DNA of 64,000 nt, from positions 1,056,001 through 1,120,000 of the forward strand of contig CAXXLQ010000004.1 in the NCBI GenBank assembly GCA_963668695.2. The letters are read 5' to 3'. The position numbers and the translations under genes were made by a program. Position 1 is the stretch's first letter. Each line of letters opens with the position of its first letter. The notes beneath the pieces are model-generated. The model searched no databases, had not been told where the DNA came from, and saw only the letters and a list, made by a program, of their open reading frames with translations. Source of the stretch: Vicinamibacteria bacterium. Lineage in GTDB: Bacteria; Acidobacteriota; Vicinamibacteria; Marinacidobacterales; Marinacidobacteraceae. This document shows, piece after piece, positions 21,045 through 32,419 of the stretch.

Positions 21045-22631
21045 ATGAAGCTGAGCCGTACCGAGCATCCCCGAAACTCTACGGCGTCGAACCGCACTCC
21101 GGCCGGCATCCCGCATCGCCTGTCACGCCTCCGAGCCGCTCCGTTGCTCCTGCCGCTCCTCGTTGCCTGCACCGATGACCTGGCCCAGGACGAAGGCCCT
21201 GCCCGTTCGCCGAACGTCCTGTTCATCGCCGTTGACGACCTGAACGACTGGATCGCGCCGCTCGGCGGACATCCCCAGGCGCGGACACCCAACATCTCGC
21301 GTTTGGCCGACGAGGGCGTGCTCTTTACCCGCGCCTTCACCCCCTCTCCCTCGTGCAACCCGGCGCGAACTGCACTCCTGACCGGCCATCACACTTACAC
21401 CTCGGGCATGTACTCGAACTATCAGTGGTGGCGTGAAGTAATGCCCAACGTGGTGACTCTTCCCCGGTACTTCGGCGACCACGGGTATTGGGCGGGGGGC
21501 GCCGGGAAGATCTTCCACAATAACCAGCCGGATCCCAGGTCCTGGGACGATTACTTTCCGTCCCTCGAGCAACACATGCCTTCGTCTCCGCGCCCCGAGG
21601 GAGAAGGCGCCGTCAACATGCCCGCCTTTCAGGACATGTACACCGCTTTCGACTGGGCGCCCCTCGACGTCCCGGACGAGGAAATGGGCGACCATCAATC
21701 GGTCGCCTGGGCCATCGAGCAGTTACAGCGGCAGCACGAGGAGCCGTTCTTTCTGGCGGTCGGCATTTACCGCCCCCACCTTCCCTGGTACGTCCCCCGG
21801 AAGTACTTCGAGATGTTTCCGCTCGATGCGATTCAACTCCCGCAGCTCGTCGAAGACGACCTCGCAGACGTCCCCGAACGCGGGGTCGAGATCGCTCAGC
21901 GGGGCGGGAACTACCACGAGCACGTCCTGGCGGCCGATCAGTGGCGTCAGGCCGTGCAGGGCTACCTGGCCTCGATCGCCTACGCCGATGCGATGGTCGG
22001 CCTGCTCCTCGACGCGCTGGACGCCAGCCCGCACGCGGCGAACACCATCGTTGTCCTCTGGTCGGACCACGGATGGCAGCTCGGGGAGAAGGAGCACTGG
22101 AGGAAATTCGCTCTTTGGGAAAACCTCACCCGCGTCGTCTTGATGTTCCGCGTGCCGGAGGGAACTGTCGGCCTCCCCGAGGGAACCCCCGCGGGGGCCC
22201 GCTCCGGGAGGACGGTCTCCCTCCTCGACCTCTATCCCACGCTGGTGGAGCTCGGCGGGCTCCCCGAAAAGCCTGGTCTGGACGGCCGGAGTCTCGTGCC
22301 GCTCCTTCGGGACCCGGATACTCCTTGGGATCGTCCCGTCATCAGCACCTACCAGTTCTCCGAGTACTCGGTCCGGGGCGAACGCTTCCACTACATCCGC
22401 TACATCGACGGGAGTGAGGAGCTGTATGACATGGAAGCGGACCCGGAAGAGTGGAACAACCTCGCCGATGACCCCCGCTACGCCGCCGAGAAGGCGCGGC
22501 TGGGCGCCCTTCTGCCGACGGATCCGGCCCCCTTCGTGGACACCGACTATCCCCTCGAGCCTCACCACATCCCGCCGCTTCGGGGGACCCTTGACTATCT
22601 CGAGCGCAAGGCGGCGGGAGCCCGGAGGTAG
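21045..22631 (+). CDS. Sulfatase (iduronate-2-sulfatase-like), probably exported
   Basis: PNVLFIAVDDL, CNPARTALLTG (CxPxR), SDHG; possible lipobox LVAC; start uncertain. Confidence 0.9.
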   Translation: MKLSRTEHPRNSTASNRTPAGIPHRLSRLRAAPLLLPLLVACTDDLAQDEGPARSPNVLFIAVDDLNDWIAPLGGHPQARTPNISRLADEGVLFTRAFTPSPSCNPARTALLTGHHTYTSGMYSNYQWWREVMPNVVTLPRYFGDHGYWAGGAGKIFHNNQPDPRSWDDYFPSLEQHMPSSPRPEGEGAVNMPAFQDMYTAFDWAPLDVPDEEMGDHQSVAWAIEQLQRQHEEPFFLAVGIYRPHLPWYVPRKYFEMFPLDAIQLPQLVEDDLADVPERGVEIAQRGGNYHEHVLAADQWRQAVQGYLASIAYADAMVGLLLDALDASPHAANTIVVLWSDHGWQLGEKEHWRKFALWENLTRVVLMFRVPEGTVGLPEGTPAGARSGRTVSLLDLYPTLVELGGLPEKPGLDGRSLVPLLRDPDTPWDRPVISTYQFSEYSVRGERFHYIRYIDGSEELYDMEADPEEWNNLADDPRYAAEKARLGALLPTDPAPFVDTDYPLEPHHIPPLRGTLDYLERKAAGARR

Positions 22632-22774
22632 GGCCGCCCGGATTCGAGCGAGGCCGCCGGACACCGGATCCTGGAAGGGACGGCGTACCGCTCAGGAGCC
22701 CGGCCCGATCGGTTGATCCAGGATCCGCCGAGGGGTGGAGGCCCGGGCAAGGGAGGGCGAGGACGCGCCTACGG

Positions 22775-23269
22775 CTAGGGCGACTTCTCGTCCGATCTCA
22801 GGTGGGCGATGAGGTAGACGAGGGATACGATCTCGAGGCCGATTCCCGCGCCGAGCATCAACTTGGTGGGAGTTTCGAACCCTCTCCTCTCACCGTCTTC
22901 CGTGTAGCACGTGCGGTATTTCGTATGTTTGGTGAACTCGTTGGGGCGAAGTCCCTCTGCGGAACTTCCCTCAAGGGCGTTCCTACACGGCAGCCATCGC
23001 CAGAGGGCGGCCCCGGTGAGCGCCGCAGCGCCGGCGATTGCAAGAACTATCGCGCTTCGCTTCTTGTCATCCTCCCGGATCCTGCCGGTGGTGCGGCTGG
23101 CGGTGTTCTGCGCTCGATAGGCGCCGCTGGACGCGGCAATCTCGGCCGCCTCCAGAATCGAAGGCGCGGTTCGCGCAGGAACAGCTCCCGACGACGGAAG
23201 CCGCGCATGCGCGTGAAGCGGCGTCACCGCGATGCTGAGCGCAGCGAGCAGGGCGGCGAAAGTCTTCAT
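22775..23269 (-). CDS. Hypothetical membrane protein, paralog 1 of tandem triplet
   Basis: Signal peptide, PSILEAAEIAA..GAYRAQNT, GRIREDDKKRSA, two TM segments around a C...C loop. Confidence 0.8.
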   Translation of the reverse strand: MKTFAALLAALSIAVTPLHAHARLPSSGAVPARTAPSILEAAEIAASSGAYRAQNTASRTTGRIREDDKKRSAIVLAIAGAAALTGAALWRWLPCRNALEGSSAEGLRPNEFTKHTKYRTCYTEDGERRGFETPTKLMLGAGIGLEIVSLVYLIAHLRSDEKSP

Positions 23270-23375
23270 GCCGATGTTCCTTGGTGCGAAAAGAGCGGAA
23301 AGAGCCCTACGGCGAAACGCCGGGCCGGACACCATGCGACCTTCCTGGGCGCGTTGAGAAGAGATGTCTTTCCTG

Positions 23376-23828
23376 TCAGTTGTCGTCCGCTCTCACGTGA
23401 GCGATGAGATAGAACAGAGATAAGACTTCAAGGCCGATTCCCGCGCCGAGCATCGCTTTGGTAGGAGTATCGAGTCCTTTCCTTTGGTCATCCTGGGTAT
23501 AGCACTTGAAGTACCCCGATACGTTCGTCGCGTCGATTGCCCCATGCCGGGTGACATTTCGGCACGGCAACCATCGCCAGAGGCCGGCTCCGGCGAGCGC
23601 GGCAGCGCCGCTGATCGCGAAGGCGATGGCGCTCCGCTTCTTGTCATCCTCCCGAATCCGACCGGTGGTGATGGTGGCGGTGTTCTGGGCCCGATACGTC
23701 CCGCTGGCGGCGGCGATCTCGGCGGTTTCCAGAATGGATGGCGCCGTCGTGAGACCTGCCGGGGTGGCGGCGTAGAGAGGCGCCACCAGGACGCTGAACG
23801 CAACGAACGCAGCCAGGGGCTTTTTCAT
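23376..23828 (-). CDS. Hypothetical membrane protein, paralog 2 of tandem triplet
   Basis: Same architecture and conserved blocks as its neighbours. Confidence 0.8.
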   Translation of the reverse strand: MKKPLAAFVAFSVLVAPLYAATPAGLTTAPSILETAEIAAASGTYRAQNTATITTGRIREDDKKRSAIAFAISGAAALAGAGLWRWLPCRNVTRHGAIDATNVSGYFKCYTQDDQRKGLDTPTKAMLGAGIGLEVLSLFYLIAHVRADDN

Positions 23829-23908
23829 GCCGAGTTGCCTTTCTGCGATGCGCACCGTTGCGGAGGCGAGGTGGCCCGGTCGTCGGTCAAACGGGAATTC
23901 TCAGCCGG

Positions 23909-24367
23909 TCAGTTGTCGTCCGACCGCATATGGGCGATGAGATAAGCCAGCGAGACGAGTTCGAGTGCGACCCCGGCCCCGATCAGAGCCTTGGTGGGAG
24001 GTTCCAAACCCAGCCGCTGACCATCCTGGTCGTAGCACTTGTCGTACCCCTCAATCTGAAGACCTCCAATCGAACTCTCTCCTGGCTTGTTTCTGCAGGG
24101 CAACCAGCGCCAGAGGCCGGCTCCCGCGAACGCCAAGGCTCCGCTGAGCGCGAAGGCCAGGGCACTCCGCTTCTTGTCGTCCTTCCGGATCCTTCCGGTG
24201 GTGAGTGTGCGGGTGTTTTGGGCGCGATACGCGCCGCTGGTTGCCGCGATCTCCGCGGCTTCCAGAATGGTCGGCGCCGCTGCCGGGGCCGTCGCTGCTG
24301 CCGCGTGGGCATGCAGCGGGGCTACCACGATGCCGAACGCGACGAGGAGGGCTGCAAACGTCTTCAT
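23909..24367 (-). CDS. Hypothetical membrane protein, paralog 3 of tandem triplet
   Basis: Same architecture and conserved blocks; shares the aaggaacatcggcATG leader with paralog 1. Confidence 0.8.
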   Translation of the reverse strand: MKTFAALLVAFGIVVAPLHAHAAAATAPAAAPTILEAAEIAATSGAYRAQNTRTLTTGRIRKDDKKRSALAFALSGALAFAGAGLWRWLPCRNKPGESSIGGLQIEGYDKCYDQDGQRLGLEPPTKALIGAGVALELVSLAYLIAHMRSDDN

Positions 24368-24443
24368 GCCGATGTTCCTTTAGGGATTGCGCCAGTCTGG
24401 AACGCCTGGCAGGCTGTGGAAGAACCTACCAGCGTTCACCCGC

Positions 24444-24462
24444 GGGGTGGGGTGGGGTGGGG
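24444..24462 (+). repeat. G4T-G4T-G4T-G4 potential G-quadruplex
   Basis: ggggtggggtggggtgggg in the intergenic region. Confidence 0.6.
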
Positions 24463-24481
24463 AGTTTCCTCTCCACGAAAA

Positions 24482-24997
24482 TCAGTTGCGGATACGGACG
24501 GTTACGTTCCCCGCAATGACGGTTTCTCCGCTGCGCTGGAGCCGCAACCAGACGCGATAGGTGCCCGGCAGCGAGAAGCGGTGACTCGAGAAGAAGAACG
24601 TCTCGATTTCGGTGCCTTCTTCGTAGGGATCGCAGTCCGGTTCGTACACCGACTCGGTGTCGTCATCCCAGTCCCAGACTTCTTCCAGGCAGTAGTAGTC
24701 CTCGGGGTTTTCGGCGGTGTCCAGATCTTCGAAACGCGCGCTGACCCGGACATCGAGTGAGGGCCGACGCGACTCCCCAGGCATTCGGGGACGAAGGAAC
24801 AACTGCCGAGGGGCTCGTAGCGTTAACTTCGGCTCGGCAGCGGTCGCCGCAAGCCCGATGAAAGGCTCTCCCGCGACCACGACGCCCTCCGGCCGGCCGT
24901 CTTCCGTGACGCCGCCCGCCAGCGGAGCGGGCAGAAAAGAAACGATCAGGAGGCCGATCGGTGCCGCAGCGAAAGGAGCGGGAACCCGAATGCGCAT
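24482..24997 (-). CDS. Secreted protein with PKD-like beta domain
   Basis: Signal-like N-terminus; WDWDDD...HRFSLPGTYRVWL resembles the PKD consensus. Confidence 0.6.
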   Translation of the reverse strand: MRIRVPAPFAAAPIGLLIVSFLPAPLAGGVTEDGRPEGVVVAGEPFIGLAATAAEPKLTLRAPRQLFLRPRMPGESRRPSLDVRVSARFEDLDTAENPEDYYCLEEVWDWDDDTESVYEPDCDPYEEGTEIETFFFSSHRFSLPGTYRVWLRLQRSGETVIAGNVTVRIRN

Positions 24998-25017
24998 GCG
25001 GCACATTCTACGACTGG

Positions 25018-25731
25018 CAGCCTTTCGACAAAATGGCGTGAGCGCCGAGGCCGGCGAGGCGCCCGGCTGACAAGGCGCGCGAGGGAGGAATACCGGGTGT
25101 ATCCCGACCGAAACGCAACGATGAGCGACGCGGTGAACAGCCGGTGGTGGAACCCACGTGAGCGCCGAGGCCGGCCAGTCCTCCCGGTGGGGGCGAGGCC
25201 CAGTTCTCCCGGTGGGGCCAGTCCTCCCGGTGGGGGCCCGGCTGACAAGGCGCGTGAGGGAGGAGCCCCCACCGGGAGAACTGGCCCGGGTGTATTCCGA
25301 CCGAAACGCAACGATGAGCGGCGCGTAGCGACGCGGTGAACAGCCGGTGGTGGAACCCACGTGAGCGCCGAGGCCGGCGAGGCGCCCGGCTGACAAGGCG
25401 CGCGAGGGAGGAGCCCCCACCGGGAGAACTGGCCCGGGTGTATTCCGACCGAAACGCAACGATGAGCGGCGCGCAGCGACGCGGTCAGCCGGGATGGATC
25501 GCCAGCCGAACGCCGCGCGGGTTTCATCACCGGTTGTTTGGCCGGGATGGATCGCCGGCCGAGCCCCCACCGGGAGAACTGGGCCGCGGGGGTTTCATCA
25601 CCGGTTGTTTGGCCGGGATGGATCGCCGGACGAGCCCCCACCGGGAGAACTGGGCCGCGTGGGTTTCATCACCGGTTGTTTGGCCGGGATGGATCGCCGG
25701 CCAAACGCCGCGTCATTTTGTCGACAGGCTG
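25018..25731 (+). mobile_element. Composite nested MITE array (three left halves, four right halves)
   Basis: Outer IR cagcctttcgacaaaatg / cattttgtcgacaggctg; inner starts at 25138 and 25341; repeated tttggccgggatggatc right halves. Confidence 0.85.
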
Positions 25732-25741
25732 CTGACGTTCG

Positions 25742-26164
25742 CTACTGCGCGTTCGCTTCTGCCTCCGCCGCTCTGACGCGCGCCTCCGCCCGCGCTACCG
25801 CGCGCTGCGCGCGCTCCACTTCGTAGCTGGCGCCGAACTCCTCAAGACGGGCCCTCGCACGGACGAGCGCGCTTTCGGCGCGCCCCAGATCGATGTCCTG
25901 GGGTCGCTCCGCGGTCTCGGCGAGCACGGTTACGGTGTCGTCCAGGATCTCCAGAAAGCCCCAGTGCACGGCCAGGAAGTGGTCCGCTTCCCCCTGCCGG
26001 TACTGGAGCCGACCGCTCCGGATCTGGTAGAGGAGCGGCGCATGGCCGGGGAGGATCCCGATGTAGCCGAAGACGCCCGGCGCCTCGACGTAATCCACAT
26101 CGTCCCGGAACACCACCCCGCCCGGCGTGATGACTTCGAGCCGAAGCTGTTCGGAGCCGCTCAT
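25742..26164 (-). CDS. atpC: ATP synthase epsilon subunit
   Basis: LEVITP, G.IGILPGHAPL, VTVLAETAE. Confidence 0.93.
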   Translation of the reverse strand: MSGSEQLRLEVITPGGVVFRDDVDYVEAPGVFGYIGILPGHAPLLYQIRSGRLQYRQGEADHFLAVHWGFLEILDDTVTVLAETAERPQDIDLGRAESALVRARARLEEFGASYEVERAQRAVARAEARVRAAEAEANAQ

Positions 26165-26182
26165 CAGGACGCTCCTCTTTCG

Positions 26183-26418
26183 CAGTCTGTGGATGAAGTG
26201 CTGTGAGCGCCGAAACCGCCAGTTCTCCCGGTGGGGGCGAGGCGCCCGGCTGACAAGGCGCGCGAGAGAGGAATACCGACGAGTGTATTTCGACCGAAGC
26301 GCAACGATGAGCGACGTGAAACGCCAGTTCTCCCGGTGGGGGGGCGTTTCAGCCGGGATGCATCGCCGGTCGAGCCCCCACCGGGAGAACTGGGCCGCAT
26401 GACTTTGTCCACAGGCTG
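26183..26418 (+). mobile_element. MITE-like repeat copy between atpD and atpC
   Basis: cagtctgtggatgaagt...actttgtccacaggctg|CTAG (atpD stop); three 18-bp modules. Confidence 0.85.
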
Positions 26419-27864
<1,446 letters not shown>

Positions 27865-28746
27865 TCAGTCGAGCGCCTCTGCGCCCCCTACGACTTCGAG
27901 AATCTCATTCGTGATCGCTGCCTGCCGGACCCGGTTCATGGTCAGGGTCAGGTCGGCGATGAGTTCGTTCGCGTTCTTCGTCGCGTTCTCCATGGCGGTC
28001 ATGCGCGCCGCCTGTTCCGCGGCTACCGACTCGAGCAGCGCCCGCCAGATCTGGTATTCGACGTGCCGTGGGAGGAGTTCCGCGAAGATTTCCCCCTCGG
28101 TTGGTTCATAGAAGAACTCACGGGCCGGCGCGCCATCCGGAACCGGCAGGTCCAGCCTCTCGAGCGGCAGCAACCGCTCGACCCGGACGTCCTGGCGCAG
28201 GATGTTCTTGAATTCGTTGAACACCAGATAGATCGCGTCGAGGCCCTCCGGATCCGCCGGATCCTCACGGCGATAGCGCTCCATCAGGGGCGCCGCGATC
28301 TCTCGAGCATGCTCGTAGCCGAGCGCCCGGTAAATGTCCTCGAGGGGGTCCACCAGGCGCACACCGCGCCGCCGGAAGTGCTCCTTCGCCTTGCGCCCGA
28401 CGGCACGGACCCCAACGTCCTTCTCGCTGAGGGACTTGAGGAGGATTTCGGCGCGCTTCAATACGTTGGTGTTGAAGGAGCCGCACAGCCCGCGGTCGGA
28501 GGTGATCACCACCACTTCGACGCGCCGGGGCGAACGCTCACGGAGCAGGGGATGACTCTCGGACTTCGCTCCCACCACGACCGAGTTCAGCACCTCCAGA
28601 ATGCGCGCCGCGAAGGGACGCGCAGAGACAATCGCCTCCTGGGCCCGCCGCAGCCGCGCGGTGGCGACCATCTTCATCGCCCGCGTGATCTGCTCGGTGT
28701 TCCGCACGCTGCGCGTGCGGCGGCGGAGTTCGAGAAGGGTTGGCAC
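27865..28746 (-). CDS. atpG: ATP synthase gamma subunit
   Basis: ITRAMKMVA, DRGLCG, RQAAITNEI. Confidence 0.97.
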   Translation of the reverse strand: MPTLLELRRRTRSVRNTEQITRAMKMVATARLRRAQEAIVSARPFAARILEVLNSVVVGAKSESHPLLRERSPRRVEVVVITSDRGLCGSFNTNVLKRAEILLKSLSEKDVGVRAVGRKAKEHFRRRGVRLVDPLEDIYRALGYEHAREIAAPLMERYRREDPADPEGLDAIYLVFNEFKNILRQDVRVERLLPLERLDLPVPDGAPAREFFYEPTEGEIFAELLPRHVEYQIWRALLESVAAEQAARMTAMENATKNANELIADLTLTMNRVRQAAITNEILEVVGGAEALD

Positions 28747-28752
28747 GGGAGG

Positions 28753-30315
28753 CTACGCAGTGACCGGCTCTCGGGCCTCGGCGCCCGCTCGTACGGCCGC
28801 ACCACTGGCGCGGAAGACATCGCGTTTGAACTCCGCGATCGCATCCCGGAGCGCCGCCGTGAGGGAATCGGCGAGTTTTCGCTCGTCGCGGATGCGGGCG
28901 AGCGTGCCCGGATGACGGGTCTCAAGGAACTCATCCAGCCCCTTTTCGAATGTCCGGCAGTCGGCGGGGGGCAGATCGTCCAGAAAGCCCTCGTTCGCCG
29001 CGAAGATGATCGCTACCTGTTTTTCGACCGGCAGGGGCTCGTACTGATTCTGCTTGAGGACTTCGGTCAGGCGCTCTCCCTTGGCCAACTGGGCCTGGGT
29101 GGCCTTGTCGAGATCCGAACCAAACTGGGCGAAAGCGGCCATCTCCCGGTACTGGGCCAGCTGCAAGCGCATGGTGCCGGCCACCTGGCGCATCGCCCGG
29201 ATCTGGGCCGAACCTCCCACCCGGCTCACCGAGTTGCCGACGTTGATGGCTGGCCGGATTCCGGCGTTGAACAGATCGCCTTCCAGATAGATCTGTCCAT
29301 CGGTGATCGAAATCACATTCGTCGGCACATAGGCCGACAGGTCACCCGCCTGGGTCTCGATGAAGGGGAATGCCGTAAGAGAACCGGCTCCCTCCTTGTC
29401 GGAGAGCTTCGCGGCACGCTCAAGCAGCCGCGAATGGAGATAGAAGACGTCGCCGGGGTATGCCTCCCGGCCGGGCGGCCGCCGCAGGAGCAACGAGATT
29501 TCGCGATACGCGGCAGCGTGCTTGGAGAGATCGTCGTAGACGCAGAGGGCGTGACCCCCGCGATCCATGAAGAACTCACCCATGGCGCACCCTGAATAGG
29601 GCGCGAGGTACTGGAGCGGGGCCGGTTCGGACGCCGCTGCGGAGACGATGATCGTGTGGTCGAGCGCCCCGTGGTCTTCCAGGGTGCGAACCACCTGTGC
29701 CACCGTCGAGAGCTTCTGGCCGACCGCGACGTACACGCAGACGACCCCCGTATCCCGCTGGTTGATGATCGCGTCCACCGCGATCGCCGTCTTGCCCGTC
29801 TGACGGTCCCCAATAATCAGTTCGCGTTGTCCGCGGCCAATGGGGATCATGGCGTCCACGGCCTTGATCCCGGTTTGGAGCGGCTCCTTGACCGGCTGCC
29901 TCGCGACGATTCCGGGAGCAATTCGCTCCACGGCGCCGGTTTCGGTCGTGTCGATCGGTCCCTTGCCGTCGAGCGGGCGCCCCAGCGCATCGACCACGCG
30001 GCCCTTCATGGCCTCACCCACGGGCACCTCGAGAATCCGTCGCGTCCGCTTCGCCGTGTCACCTTCCTTGATCGAGGTGACATTGCCGAAGAGGACGAGT
30101 CCTACTGACGTTTCTTCGAGGTTCAGCGCAAGTCCGAAGACGTCGTTGGGCAGTGCCACAAGTTCGCCGTACATGACCCGTTCCAGGCCATGCACGCGGG
30201 CGATCCCGTCACCGGATGAGACGACGGTTCCAACTTCCGCGACGTCCACGCCGGTTTGGTGGCCGGCGATCTGTTCCCGCAGCAGGGCGGCGATTTCGTC
30301 TGCTCGAATTCTCAT
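28753..30315 (-). CDS. atpA: ATP synthase alpha subunit
   Basis: GDRQTGKT and [21 protein letters not shown]. Confidence 0.98.
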   Translation of the reverse strand: MRIRADEIAALLREQIAGHQTGVDVAEVGTVVSSGDGIARVHGLERVMYGELVALPNDVFGLALNLEETSVGLVLFGNVTSIKEGDTAKRTRRILEVPVGEAMKGRVVDALGRPLDGKGPIDTTETGAVERIAPGIVARQPVKEPLQTGIKAVDAMIPIGRGQRELIIGDRQTGKTAIAVDAIINQRDTGVVCVYVAVGQKLSTVAQVVRTLEDHGALDHTIIVSAAASEPAPLQYLAPYSGCAMGEFFMDRGGHALCVYDDLSKHAAAYREISLLLRRPPGREAYPGDVFYLHSRLLERAAKLSDKEGAGSLTAFPFIETQAGDLSAYVPTNVISITDGQIYLEGDLFNAGIRPAINVGNSVSRVGGSAQIRAMRQVAGTMRLQLAQYREMAAFAQFGSDLDKATQAQLAKGERLTEVLKQNQYEPLPVEKQVAIIFAANEGFLDDLPPADCRTFEKGLDEFLETRHPGTLARIRDERKLADSLTAALRDAIAEFKRDVFRASGAAVRAGAEAREPVTA

Positions 30316-30358
30316 TGATGTTCCTGTAACTCGTTGACTTGCGGCTACTTAATGTAAA

Positions 30359-30907
30359 TCAAGCTCCGTATTTTTCCTCGAATCGGGAAAGCTGACGACT
30401 GACGCTGCCATCGTAGATGCGATTCCCGATGCGCATGACGAATCCGCCCAGCAACTCCGGGTCCTCCCGGAAGTGAAGCCGGGGAGTGCCGGAATAGGCC
30501 GACTTGAGAGCCTCCCGAAGACTCGCGCGGTCGCGTTCGTCGAGCGGCCGGGCGGACACCACATCCGCCTCGACGATTCCCCGATGCTCATCCAGCACCG
30601 CCCGGAACGCAGCTGCCGTTTCCACGAAGTGCTCCGACCGTTCCCGGGCCACCATGACCGCGGCGAAACGTCCGAGCCGGGAGCCGGGCAGGATCCGATC
30701 GGCGACTGTCTCGGCCAGCCCGGACCGCCGCGGCCGCGGGATCGCCGGCGATGACAGCGCCTCGCGGAGATCCGGAGAGCTCTTGAGCAACGCCGCGAAT
30801 TCATCCAAACCCGCTCCCAGCCGCTCCAGGCTTTCCTCGCCATCCCCGCCGACGACGGCGGTGTCCAGGAGAACGCGCGCGTAATGGCGGGCTACTTCAT
30901 TCGGCAC
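30359..30907 (-). CDS. atpH: ATP synthase delta subunit
   Basis: VARHYA, DPELLGG...YDGSV; operon position. Confidence 0.9.
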   Translation of the reverse strand: MPNEVARHYARVLLDTAVVGGDGEESLERLGAGLDEFAALLKSSPDLREALSSPAIPRPRRSGLAETVADRILPGSRLGRFAAVMVARERSEHFVETAAAFRAVLDEHRGIVEADVVSARPLDERDRASLREALKSAYSGTPRLHFREDPELLGGFVMRIGNRIYDGSVSRQLSRFEEKYGA

Positions 30908-30920
30908 TTCAGCTCCCGGC

Positions 30921-31529
30921 TCAATCGCGGCGAATCGCGGTAATCCCGGCGTCCATCAAACGCTGATGGTCCTCGTCGGACATGGTGTCCCGAAGCCGCC
31001 CCCTCGCAATCTGAACCGCCGCCCGCGCCGCTCCGGCTGCAAGGCGGCGTTCTGCAATCCGTACTTCCTTGTTCAACTCGGCCTGAGCCGCGGCGCTGAT
31101 CTTCTTGGCCTGTTCTTCCGCCGCCGCCACGATCCGGCGACCCTCGGCGCTCGCGGCATCCGCAATGCGCGCCCGGGCCGCCTGCACCTCATCCTCGAGT
31201 TCTGCTGATCGCTGAGCCGCTCTTTCCGCCGCGCGAGCCGCTTCCTCGCGGTTTGACCGGGCCTCGGAAAGCTGCTCCCGAATCTGGAGGGCTCGGGCCT
31301 CGAGGTAGGCGGCGAGTGGTTTCCGGAGGGCGAGGACGAGGATGGTCGCGAGAATGGTGAAGTTGACGATCTTCGGCAGGTTTGAGGCCGATCCCTCTTC
31401 GGCAGCAAGCGCCGGCGACGCCATGACGCCCAGGAAGAGGGTGACGCACGCGACCAACACCGCGCGTCGCGGCAGCCGGATCCGCATGGCTCTTCCTCTG
31501 CGAAATTCGTTCCGGCGGCGGGGCTTCAT
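30921..31529 (-). CDS. atpF: ATP synthase subunit b
   Basis: IVNF.IL TM segment then Ala/Glu-rich coiled coil; start may be downstream. Confidence 0.8.
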   Translation of the reverse strand: MKPRRRNEFRRGRAMRIRLPRRAVLVACVTLFLGVMASPALAAEEGSASNLPKIVNFTILATILVLALRKPLAAYLEARALQIREQLSEARSNREEAARAAERAAQRSAELEDEVQAARARIADAASAEGRRIVAAAEEQAKKISAAAQAELNKEVRIAERRLAAGAARAAVQIARGRLRDTMSDEDHQRLMDAGITAIRRD

Positions 31530-31954
31530 GAGGCGCGGCGAAGGATCCTTGCTGCAAGATCGCTCGCCAGACCGTGTGCGGTTCGTTCGAGTTCGGCTTC
31601 GGCGCGAAGGGTCTGCTCCCGGAGCGACTCCTTGCCCGCTGCCAAGGTCGCCGCAGCCTGGTCGCGCGCCACCAGAAGGGTTGCCTCGGCGCGCTCACCG
31701 GCTTCCCGGCGTATCCGGTCCATCTCCCGGTAGCCATCCTCGCGTACGGCGGCGACCGCGTCGGTTACCCGAGCCTCGGCGGCGGCGATCTCGGCTGCTC
31801 CCTGATTCCGCCCCTGCCGGGCTTCGCCGACTTCTTTTTCCCGCGCTTCCATCGCGCGCGCCAACGGCTCGAAGAACTGAGTCTTCAGAATCAGCGTCAG
31901 ACACACCACGATCGCTGACACGATCAGGGCGGTCAAGTCAGGAATGATCGTCAC
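31526..31954 (-). CDS. ATP synthase subunit b'
   Basis: N-terminal TM, FFEPL...ARE, coiled coil; operon position. Confidence 0.8.
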   Translation of the reverse strand: MTIIPDLTALIVSAIVVCLTLILKTQFFEPLARAMEAREKEVGEARQGRNQGAAEIAAAEARVTDAVAAVREDGYREMDRIRREAGERAEATLLVARDQAAATLAAGKESLREQTLRAEAELERTAHGLASDLAARILRRAS

Positions 31955-32186
31955 GAAACCTACCGTCTGAGGAACGCAAGGTAAACGGGCCGCCCCACCA
32001 GAAACGGCAAGACACCAGTCGGGAAACCGAGGGCGGCCGGATGCGCGGAACTAGCAACTAGTCCGCCACGGACGGCGGGAAGGCTATCACCGGACACCGG
32101 GCTTGCCAAGAACTCCGGGTCTCCTGATCCCGCTGTCGCCAGGCTCGCCGCGGCAATGCCGCCGACAGGCCCTGGCGGGTGCTTAA

Positions 32187-32419
32187 CAGCCGGTGGTGAA
32201 ACTCCCGCGGCCCAGTTCTCCCGGTGGGGGCTCGAGCGGCGATCCATCCCGCCTGAACCGCCCCCCCACCGGGAGAACTGGCGCTTTGCGGCGCTCGGCG
32301 TTGCGCTTCGGTCGAAATACACTCGGGCCAGTTCTCCCGGTGGGGGCTCCTCCCTCGCGCGCCTTGTCAGCCGGGCGCCTCCACGCTCTCGGCGCTCACC
32401 CGGGTTCCGCCACAGGCTG
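32187..32419 (-). mobile_element. MITE-like repeat copy
   Basis: TTAA|cagccggtggtg...gccacaggctg|CTAG (bactofilin stop); three modules. Confidence 0.85.

Noticed and set aside
25018-25731. CRISPR array interpretation of the repeated units
   Set aside because: No constant repeat with unique spacers and no cas genes; the units are halves of the dispersed MITE
24482-25826. Small ORFs containing GPVLPVG, QFSRWG or PHRENW, and the 362-aa extension of the PKD-like ORF
   Set aside because: These are translations of the MITE and its 18-bp module in various frames; the same applies near 6.8, 26.2, 32.2, 34.6, 37.8, 41.4 and 43.2 kb
31955-32186. Possible ncRNA or leader upstream of the atp operon (hairpin gcggaactag-caa-ctagtccgc)
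   Set aside because: A single short hairpin with no recognisable family; may be only promoter/UTR
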